From NCBI RefSeq assembly GCF_963853765.1, contig NC_088859.1:37820001-37884000 (forward strand): a stretch of DNA of 64,000 nucleotides. Direction: 5' to 3'. Of the stretch, positions 26,001 through 35,109 are shown one piece after another (positions within the stretch are counted from its first letter, which is position 1; each line of letters opens with the position of its first letter). Under the pieces are notes generated by a model that worked only from the letters and a program-made list of their open reading frames with translations, was not told where the DNA came from and did no database searches. This DNA is from Magallana gigas. Taxonomy: Eukaryota. Position numbers and translations under genes: made by a program.

Positions 26001-27662
26001 AGTGTCTCCAGAAAAAGTTGGTCGTTAATTGTAAATTGGATTTCAGAATCTGGAATATCTAGAATAGACTCTGGAACTGCATATTGGATTTTAATTTGAT
26101 TAATATGACAGTTAATACTTTGCACCTACTCTAAATCTTTTAAAAGGGAGTTGTTAAATTTCCAAAGGCCACTACCATGTTTAAAATCATTAAACTTTAA
26201 AGAGATAAAAACAGGAGAATGATCTGATCTATAGCTTATCATGATATCACTATTTCTAACTTCTTTTATAAGTGAAGCTGAAATAAGAAAAAAGTCTAGA
26301 CGTGCTTGTTCAGAGGTGTAGGTTTTCTCCAAGTATACCTCTTGTCATATGGATGAAATTCTCTATATATATCTACTAAACTGTAAGACATCATATGCTC
26401 TAAGACCGTTTCCCATTTCCCTCGCTTTCGGATTATTAACATGTAAGTTATTATAATAATCTTGACTTGTATCTAATACCAAATTAAAATCTCCAACAGT
26501 ACTGTAGATTCCTTATTTTACGCGAGTACTTAATTCCGCGATTCAACGATTTACCATCAAATCGCGAGAACATAAAATCGCGAATGCCGAAATTTTATCT
26601 TACTTTCATGTTGTTTACCTGTTTCCCAAAATTAAAAGCGAGATTTTAAAATTTGCGAGACGGACTTCTCGCGATTTTACGCGGATATTAATTCCTCGCG
26701 TTTAATTAGGAATTTACAGTAATCATCTCATCGTTTTGTAATTTGTTAACAATATTGCTCAAATTCTGGTAAAATTCTGGAGAATCCTCATTAGGTCCAT
26801 ACAAACATACTAAGCTTAACTTTCTATTCTCTATTGAGATACTAAGTGCCAATAAATTCCCTGTATTCTCTTCTTTGATTTGCTCATGTATTTTGAAATC
26901 AAAATTGTTATTAAAGAGAATAGCAACTCCTCTCGATTTCGAAGAAAAGGAATTAAAACAAGCCTCATAACCCCATTCGTTTCTAATATCTTGTTCCATC
27001 TCCTCAGTAAAATGTGTGTCTACTAAACATAGGATATTACATTTTTGTTGTCTATAGAATTGAAAAATATCTTTTCTTTTCTTAACATCATTTAATCCTT
27101 GAAATTGTAAATGGGATTTATGAATTTACTTTATAACTTTATTTTATACAATATTTCTTGATTTTAATACCTACAATTAAGAAATAAACAGTAATTTAAA
27201 AAGTTCACCGGAATATGAAGTTAGTTGGTACGTGATCAAATCTATTGAGAAGCCCTTCAGGCTTCACAGGATTTGATCACGTGACCAACCAACTTCATAT
27301 TCCGGTGAACTTTTTAAATTACTGTTTATTTCTTAATTGTAGGTATTAAAATCAAGAAATTTTGTATAAAATAAAGTTATAAAGTAGATTCATAAATCCC
27401 ATTTACAATTTTAAGAAAAACATCACTTTATCTATTGTATGATGTACTGCTCAACTGTTAGTCAACGTTTGCTGGTCTTTGTGTAGTAAATTAGTAATAC
27501 AATTTAGTTACAAATTTAATTGTTGATTGCAGGCAACACTTTCATTATGGAACATTTATTCCAAAAAAACGAATAGCATTCTCGGATCCAACACCAGATG
27601 GGAAGAAGTTGGCCACAAAATACACAGGAACCAGTTCATTCTTAGTGTACAAGTTTGGTTAG
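15599..27662 (+). CDS. ESCO2: N-acetyltransferase ESCO (Eco1/ESCO1/ESCO2 family; establishment of sister-chromatid cohesion), ~688 aa
   Basis: Exons 15599-15666, 16414-16740, 16938-17885, 18462-18522, 18636-18767, 19040-19132, 20881-20958, 21045-21110, 21508-21671, 27533-27662 (2067 nt, in frame, all GT/AG). Motifs: PIP-box-like QMTLDAGQKKFG, zinc finger CDTCGMIY...H...H, GNAT core GISKIWV...RRTGVACKLLD, C-terminal IAFSDPTPDGK. The N-terminus is S/T/P/K-rich. Exon 1 is the least certain, and ESCO1 vs ESCO2 orthology cannot be resolved by eye. Confidence 0.92.
17972..18372. repeat. Intronic tandem duplications: 2 x 161 bp followed by 2 x ~45 bp
   Basis: 17972-18132 is near-identical to 18133-18293. 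ttaaagtttaatgcagttataaactacatttatggcagaaaaa then occurs twice. Confidence 0.85.
19344..20591. mobile_element. ~1.25-kb non-autonomous DNA transposon with ~85-bp imperfect TIRs in ESCO intron 6
   Basis: Left TATTACTAAAACCGATTTGGTTTGACTTT...TCAGCTACGTCATACATAAA; right reverse complement TATTATCAAAACCGATTTGGTTTGACTTT...TCAGCTACGTCATGCATAAA. No transposase ORF, and the TSD is unresolved. Confidence 0.75.
21893..22383. mobile_element. 491-bp MITE with 30-bp perfect TIRs and TTAA-type target site (Kolobok-like)
   Basis: TIR AGGGGCATGGTCACGATTTTGGTCAAATTT at both ends, flanked by TTCA (left) and TTAA (right). Purine-purine termini with a TTAA target fit Kolobok rather than piggyBac. Confidence 0.85.
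22653..22857. repeat. Left portion of a dispersed hairpin-ended repeat (homologous to 43969-44174), cut by the LINE tail
   Basis: Shared blocks tttacatttgcaaata, tagcgaaa(a/g)cgttcaattctgt(a/g)tgaactttt, gacgtcaca, ttttcaaatgtaaata(t/c)aagtaataaacagcaat. Confidence 0.7.
22867..27101 (-). mobile_element. Decayed non-LTR retrotransposon (L1/Tx1-type ORF2: APE endonuclease, RT, C-terminal Cys/His domain), antisense in the last ESCO intron; no ORF1
   Basis: EN motifs QGLND, CLVDTH, GDFN, RLDFF, SDH. RT motifs KSPGSDGF, WRPISLLNV, GCRQGDPISP, QYADD. C-terminal CIFC...ETIYHLLWEC. A15 tail at 22867-22881 with AATAAA at 22891-22896 and a GA-rich tract after the stop. Disablements: TAG at 26126-26128, TAA at 24122-24124, an A8 frameshift near 23725, EN frameshifts and a MITE insertion. 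Confidence 0.93.
26502..26719. mobile_element. 218-bp Tc1/mariner-type MITE nested in the LINE endonuclease
   Basis: TIRs CTGTAGATTCCTTATTTTACGCGAG / CTGTAAATTCCTAATTAAACGCGAG, with TA at 26500-26501 and 26720-26721. Removing the element plus one TA restores the LINE reading EMITVGDFN. Confidence 0.9.
27098..27415. repeat. ~320-bp near-perfect palindrome (arms ~140 bp, loop ~27 nt) at the LINE 5' junction
   Basis: Left arm aattgtaaatgggattt...ggtacgtgatcaaatc is the reverse complement of gatttgatcacgtgacc...aaatcccatttacaatt with few mismatches. The core is shared with 44160-44315. Confidence 0.92.
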
Positions 27663-28226
27663 AATCAAATTGATTGGAAGTTTGCTTACTGATCTTTCTT
27701 TTATTTTCATTAAGAAGCACACCTGTTTGATATGTACATGTATACCTGAAACAATTTGCATTCTTTTATGTTAGTATGATTATGTTTTATACTCCTAGTC
27801 AAGTGATCTTGTTTTAAGGAATGAACTTTTTAAGGAAATATACATTGTCCATCAAATGTTATTGATTTTGACTAATTTTGTCCATTAAATCATAATAGGA
27901 AATAAAATTCATTGAAGACAAAACATGAGTATTATTTTTTGTAAGCATGATTAAAGAATAAATGATAAACCATAGTTTTCAGATGCTCAGAGGTAAAATA
28001 TTTTGGAGCAGATGCCCTTTTGATGGTCACATCTAAGTTATTACTGGTCAAATCTACTAAACCTAATTTGGATGGAACATCTTGTGATAATGTTCTTGAC
28101 AGGCTTGGATGTTGAAAATGAGTTTTTTTGGATTTTTTGTTAGATGAAGTTACATATTATACCCCATGCAATGAAGTTGCGAGGGGCATAATATTTGTCC
28201 TTCAGTCAGTTCGTTTTGTAAGCAAG

Positions 28227-28507
28227 AAAAGCAGGAACGACAATGAAGATGTATTTAACCCCAGTAACAGCGTTTTGAGGGTTTTGGTCACCATGAACGG
28301 TTTAGTTTGAATGAGATGTTTGCTGCCATCGTCGTTTCGCACAGTAATAAGTAAACCCAAGTTGGACATGGCTGCCCATTGCTCTACCTTGTTACAATAC
28401 AAATTCAGCACTCTGCTTTCTAAGTCAGGCTTCGTGGCCGCCAGTCCAGCCAAACAATGAGCGCCACTTCCTCCTCCACAAGTTAAAACCACAACTCTTT
28501 CAGCCAT
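28227..28507 (-). pseudogene. 5' fragment of an opine dehydrogenase gene (Rossmann-fold part only)
   Basis: MAERVVVLTCGGGSGAHCLAGLAA...QTKPFMVTK, then a 1-nt deletion near 28282. The shifted frame gives (D)PQNAVTGVKYIFIVVPAF and homology then stops. It has the same cag|tgATG acceptor/start arrangement as the gene at 45425-46648. Confidence 0.9.
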
Positions 28508-28724
28508 CACTGAGCGTTACGTAGAAATCTATTCCTCAAGTATGATTAATATGAACACTTCCTGAGGTAAACATAATCACAATGTAAAAATTGGTTATTT
28601 AGAGTTATAATCGACGACGCAAATTTGTTATTGATACCCAATGGCATGACTTTTTAGATTCACGTTTTATTGAATATTTAGGTATGTAATTCAAAAATAC
28701 CACAAAAAAGTAAATTTTGTTCTG

Positions 28725-29800
28725 TTTTTAGCTCACCTGAACCGAATGTTCAAGTGAGCTTATCTGATCACATGTTGTCAGTCGTCCGTCCTTCTACCTG
28801 TCCGTCTGTCTGTAAATTACATTTTTGACTTCTTCTCTGGAACCACCTGACAAAATTTAACTTTATTAAGTACAAAGCAGCTTCATGGAAAGGGGGTTCT
28901 AAATTCTAAAAAAAAAATTAATGAAGGCCGAAACCCTTTTTTAAAAGGGAGATAATTGCGAAACAGTTAACATAGGGTGCATGTCTTTAAAAATCTTCTC
29001 AAGAGCCACTACACCATAAATGTCAATATTTACATTTAAGCTTGCACCTGTAATCAATATTTAAAATTCTTTAAATAGTGGCCCCCGGATTAAAATTGGG
29101 GCCCCAAGAGGGTTCAAATACTAGTATTAACATAAAAATAAGTAGTGAAAATGTCTAAAAATCTTCTTCTCAATAACTACAATGCTACAGTTTGTGAGAT
29201 TACTATGCAAGCATCCTTAAATAATGTAGATTCTAAATTTTTTAAACCGTGACCCCTGACAAATACTGGGGTCCTAAGACGGGTTCAAAGTTTGAAAATA
29301 TGAAGGGATACTATTAAAAAATCTTCTTTTCAAGACCCACATTGCTACAATTCGTGAGATTACAATGCAAGCATCCCTATAAAATTTAGATTATAAATTG
29401 TTAAAATAGTGACCCCAGGACTAATACTGGGGTCCAAAGAGGGGACTAATACTGGGGTCCAAAGAGGGATTCAAAGTATAACATAGAAATATATAGGGAA
29501 ATGTTTTAAAATCTTCTCAAGAGCTGCAATGCTAAAGTTTGTGAAATAACAACGCAAGCATCCTCAAATAAAGAAGATTCTAATTTGTTACAATCGTGAT
29601 CGCTGCACTAATACTGGGGCACACGAAGGGAGCTCAAAGGTTTGAAAAAGAGATGTATAGGGGTGATATATAAAAATCGTCTCAAGAACCACCCTGCTAC
29701 AATTTATGAGATTACAATGCAGGCATTCTCAAATAATGTAGATCATAAATTGTTGAAATTGTGACCCCCGGATTAATATATTTGGCCCTAAAAGTGTTTA
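28725..29800 (+). mobile_element. HINE / CvA-pearl-type element carrying ~5 tandem ~160-190-bp satellite-like monomers; 3' end not found
   Basis: 5' ttttagctcacctgaaccgaatgttcaagtgagctt (self-complementary), then a gtcc/gtct tetranucleotide tract, then monomers anchored at atc(t/g)tc at 28993, 29161, 29321, 29511 and 29676. Confidence 0.7.
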
Positions 29801-31439
29801 AAACGTTTTAAGCTATCGTGTTTTCTTTTATAATTTCTATCTATAAATCACCGAGCACTGTGCATTTTATTTAGAATCTCATTTTGCTGCAAAAACCTGT
29901 TATATAATTACAATTCTTCAAAAAACTCATCATTTATGATAAATTTATATAAGACTAAATCATTAAATTTTATTATAAGGAAGATTTCTCTACTAAGGAA
30001 TAAAAAGTATATTGCAAAACATTTTCGTAGAAGACAACAATTATTTTGTACCTTTATTTCAATATGACTAAAAATGTATAAACCATTTTTAATGTCATTT
30101 TACAATTGCATTGCGCTTTTAATTGCATATTACAAGGACATGGAAATTGCAGCTCATATTGCTTTGAGTTTTAAAGTATGAAGTGTTAACAGCATAGTGG
30201 CTGTTTGGTAGAAGCAAGGTGATTTGTTCCATGAACCCCGTTATTCGGGACCAATTGAGCGATGACAGTCACATTATAAAGTATGTCACTGGCTTGTCTT
30301 AATAAATGTACAATGTGTACGTCAACACTTCAGTCTGTTGAACAATTCACTATTGTATTTGGGTTTGTTTTTTTTACCAGTATTTGGTACTTCCTTTTTA
30401 AAACATTCGATCGGAGGGAGACTGTATAATTCTATATTCCGTTCTTCACAAAAAATTGAAAGATTAAAATGATTTGAAACACTCCTCTTTCCACGGTTGA
30501 CTATTTACTGAAATTCACAGAAATAACAAATTAGTAAAATTATTCATTAGACTGAAATATGATTGTTTTGTTATTTTTTTTTCTTGTAAGTAATGTATAT
30601 ACATGTATGTATTGACTTCACTACCACAAGGAAAGTACAAGTATGCCAGTTTGATTAACTGTATACATGTACAGGCACGGTCCCTTGGTTTTCTCTGTAT
30701 TCATCTTGTGTATATACTGTGGCATACCAAACTTCTTTCTATACTGATACATCTTGAGTATTGCATTGTATTCGATGTAATTTTGTACATTTTCATTCCA
30801 CGAGACTGTTTACGACAATTGTAAAAATAAAAGACATTTTTCAGTATGTATTTTAAAAATAATTGATATAGTGTTTAAAATCATGCATGCCTTTAGAGGG
30901 ACATACAAGCATGTTGATGAATGTACAATAATCATACAAAACATAGGAAAATTTTAATATCACATCTATGATTCTCAGACCGCAATGAAATTAAGTACGA
31001 CTTTTCAATGATGTTGCATGATATCCTCCTCGGTCTCGAGATGTTGTTTAACTGAAGTTAAACTTAAGAGATTCGATTTTTACCAATAAGGATATCTATA
31101 TTTACATTGGGATAATATTGTTTAGTAAGGCAAGCATTTTGGAAAGTTGTAACTTTTTTACTTGTGGCATCGCTTGTATTTCAATAGGCCATTTTTTTCC
31201 GGAGGAAGATCAGGTCAAACGTATTTCCTTTCCCTCAGGATACAAATATTTATAGCAACTACCTCCATTTCAAAATAGAATATGTTTATCTGAAAAAAAA
31301 AACCCAAAAGAAGATAATACCACAAGATTTGAAAATACTTTCAAAATTAGATGAAATTATTTAACTAAAATAAAAATTAACTTGACAAGATTTTACTTAG
31401 ACTGCTTAAATAACTAGTAAATGAATCTCGTGGCATGAA

Positions 31440-32006
31440 AACATGAAACACGCGCGCAAACAAAAGCTATTTGGCGGGAAATCATAATATCTACAATACT
31501 AGTATTAGATTGTCTCTATCGCCGTCAACAACTCAAATTATAGTATGTAAAAGCATTTCATATTTGCTGGAGACGTGTAGGTCTTCATGTATATGTGAAA
31601 ATCTTTGATAACGCATAATTCATCAAAGATACCCTGATAGTATGGGAAGCCAAAGGGTTCAACATTTTATCGATATAATTGTGCTTTTGTCGAATGTGTT
31701 TTCTAAATGCCTTATTCAATGAATGTATATATAGAAGAGTTCAATGTTAACTCTGTTTTTTGGTTCTCGGACATTGTGAATAACCATTTTCAAATCATCA
31801 TTTGTAAGATTTATCAAATTTTAGAAAAATATTGACTCATAATTCTGAAATGTGATTGTGTCATTCGTAATTTGTATTGTAAGATTTGTAAAGTAATGCA
31901 CATATGTACCATTATGACGACAGACGTCGAATATTATGTGAAAGGGCTATTAGAACCCTAGGTATCCTACGATAACTTATACCTTATAGATCATATTGTG
32001 TGTGTG

Positions 32007-32048
<42 letters not shown>

Positions 32049-32900
32049 ATGTGTATGCTTACTTAATGATATCTCGCGCAAGCGCAGGAAATGAATAGAG
32101 CATGGCCAGGAATGCAAATCTTTACTAAAATTGATAACATTATAATATGAGGTCTAAATTCTTTTTTGTTGCATCTGGCTGGAAAATTACAAACTTTTTC
32201 GGCATGTGACTGATGACTGTTTGTTCCGTATGTAATTTATTTTTTGCAATTGAAATTACTCTCAATTCTTGCATTATCTATTATCTGTTAAATGTCAACC
32301 CTAAATCTCACACATACATGCCCAGTGACTTTTATTTTAAAACGGGGAGGGAGATGTAGTGAGTCGTATCTCTTTTCTAAATTTTATTCTGAAAATCAAA
32401 CTATTAAAAAAAATAGAGGAGGAGGATTACACCACCACCTCCTAAAGGAACGTCCCCGTTTTATGCGTATATATTGAACTCGCCCTACATTATCCACAAA
32501 GTCGTTAATTAGTCAACCAGCGTTCTTACTTACCCCGTTCTGGATAGTTCTTTCCATCAGAACTAAAATCGCCCATTCAAGTAACGAATTGGCTCATTTT
32601 AATTTTTCCAAAATTTGTCAAGTCTTAATTTCTATGATTACTCTAATTAAATTGTCGCTAATCATATTCACTCTTTACATATTATTCAATTTTATTTCAT
32701 TGCCAGTATATATTTTGATACAAACTCCCACTGACATGATAAGCCAAAGCGTGTCTATCACTGCTATTTCGGCCTAGTTTATCGAAAATGAAAGTAGGTT
32801 TTTAATTAATTTCACATTAATGACTTATCAGGTATAATTCAATTATAGTTTACGGACATCATCTCACACTTGTTGAAATATTAAAGGTGTTAGTAGTTAC
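31440..32900. repeat. Non-coding duplicated block, copy A (paralogous to 35110-37490)
   Basis: Collinear shared blocks, e.g. aacaaaagctatttggcgggaaat, ttagtcaaccagc...taccccgttc, gatacaaactcccactgacatgata, gacttatcaggtataattcaattatagtttacggaca. Confidence 0.8.
31997..32048. repeat. Microsatellite (TG)5(TATC)10
   Basis: Directly visible. Confidence 0.9.
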
Positions 32901-33893
32901 TTCTGAGATTGCATTTTGTAGATTTTGGAAAAATTTCATCATTTATAAGTAAAAAAACCTCAGCACATATTGGCAATTTTTCATGTGTCATTATTAAGAC
33001 AAGCCTGATTGAATTATATTTTTAAAAGAATGTCTTGCGTGGATCTGTCATGCGCATATCTTGATTTTAGGGTGGGTGGGAATAAGGGGGTTCTTGTCCC
33101 TCCAGAATTATATACATGTACTTATGAATTTTATAAAGTAAAGTGACAGAAAATAGACCTTGGATTTCCCAACCTCTGTTTCTCAGACCCTACCCATTAA
33201 AAAAAAAGAAATTATTGACCCGTGTATGTTGAAATTAATATTTTGAGTATCTCAGGATGACAGTTTGTTTATTGGGCAACTTTAATTTGCGAAAAATCTA
33301 ATATGAGAATAATTGAAACTTCACAATGTAAATATCATTAGCCCATAGCTACACGATGAGTCAGGTTTCATCCGAGTGATAGAAGCAATTCAAAGTCGTA
33401 ATATATGATATGTTTCCAAAGTGTCTGCGACGTTTAATTGGGGCGTCATAGTTAATATGCTTTATTCTTGTGAGATATTGTGGAATTCGACCTTGATAAT
33501 TCAAAGTTTATAATTCGTTCTAAATATGTCAAAGGGGTCACTTTAAAGAGAATATCGTCGTTATTTTATTGCCAATTTTCAGCCAATTTTATTTAACACT
33601 ACAATTATGGGAATATATCGCGACACGAGGCGGTATTACATTTGTGTAAATAAGCCCTCAGCAAATTCAGACAAGGAAAGTAAATTAAAACAAATACACA
33701 GTCATGAGATGTAGGTCAAGCCGATCTGTCCTGTATACGACATGCACATAATCATTTTTGCTCAATGTTGCTTTTGTGTTCGGTTATCGTTGTTAGTACA
33801 GAGGATAGTTTTATGGCATAGAAGACATTTGTGATTTATGCATGTGTAAACCCAGCTAGTAAATGTAACTGATATTTCCATTGAAAATACAAA

Positions 33894-34763
33894 ATGATGA
33901 ATATATCTCTACGTGCTACCGACAACATAAATGATAATGCGAGCACAAGTATCCAGAAAGGATTTGGAAATGATTCAACTCCAGAAGGATTTATTTTGCA
34001 ACTCACGTATAGAGAAACGACTTTCGAAATAACATTCACTTGTGTGATTTTAACTATTGCGTTCTTTGGGTGCATTGGGAACCTTGCCACAATAGGTAAA
34101 ATCGTATACGATCCGAAATACCACAAACCGACATTTGCTGTTATCGGGCAGTTGGCTTTGGCAGATTTTCTTTCAGTCACAGTTTTAACTTTTGACAATA
34201 TGACAAACTTTTCGAAGTTTTTGCCAGAATTTACAGTCTTCAGGGATATTTTTCAATTAAGTTCATTTTTTCACGTGTGTTTACTTTCCGCTGTAAGATA
34301 TTTGATCACCGTTCATCCCCTACAAAGCAGACAACATCTAACTGTAAAGTCGATGTGTTTGTGTTCACTCACAATATGGATTTCAAGCGGTGTTGTCATA
34401 ATTGGTTTAATATATACTGCCGAGGCAGTACCTAAGATATATGTGTTGACGATTTATCTCATCTTCAATGTTTTAATATTGTTAATAGTCTGTTCTGTAG
34501 TGGCCCTATTGCATGTTAAAAAGATAAGAACATTACAGAATTCTTTGTCTGTAACAGAACAATCACAAAGAAGAATGAATATTGTTGTCACTGTGATCAT
34601 TAGTATATTTGTATTATATCAATTGTTTATTGTTGCAGGAAAAATAATATTTACCTTTTCAGATCAATTAATTGGCTATTACTTAATGTATGGATTTGTT
34701 ATCATTGGAAGTTTAAACTTTTCTTGCAACCCGTACATATTATTTCTTTCTCAAATCATATAA
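33894..34763 (+). CDS. Intronless class A (rhodopsin-like) GPCR, orphan, 289 aa
   Basis: Seven hydrophobic segments: TM1 GCIGN, TM2 QLALADF, TM3 SAVRYLITVHP (DRY equivalent), TM4 IWISS, TM7 NFSCNPYILF. N-terminal sequons NIS, NAS, NDS. Confidence 0.85.
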   Translation: MMNISLRATDNINDNASTSIQKGFGNDSTPEGFILQLTYRETTFEITFTCVILTIAFFGCIGNLATIGKIVYDPKYHKPTFAVIGQLALADFLSVTVLTFDNMTNFSKFLPEFTVFRDIFQLSSFFHVCLLSAVRYLITVHPLQSRQHLTVKSMCLCSLTIWISSGVVIIGLIYTAEAVPKIYVLTIYLIFNVLILLIVCSVVALLHVKKIRTLQNSLSVTEQSQRRMNIVVTVIISIFVLYQLFIVAGKIIFTFSDQLIGYYLMYGFVIIGSLNFSCNPYILFLSQII

Positions 34764-35109
34764 GGTGTTGCATGCGTTTAACGATTTGATATTGTATACA
34801 TTAATGAATATCCAATTTACTATATCCATGGTCATGTACCCTATTATATGTTGTTATTATTCTTGAATCGCAGCTCATGTATATAGTCATGTTGAAAATA
34901 AACTCAACATAAGAAACTCAATCCAATAAAATACTCATCCTTGCCTTTTTGGGCTTTTTTTGTATAGTAAGAATAAAACGTAATATGCTAGCTATCACCA
35001 TTTTACTGATTTGAATCATGCAACTTTTGTTAGTTTACTAGTAGATGAATCTTATAGCACAAAAATACATGCCGCAGTTTGCACGAGGAAGGGGGAGGGG
35101 CACATCCAA

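Noticed and set aside
23119-26999. LINE ORF pieces as separate host genes, or as an active element
   Set aside because: They are consecutive fragments of one ORF2 broken by stops, frameshifts and a MITE; ORF1 is absent.
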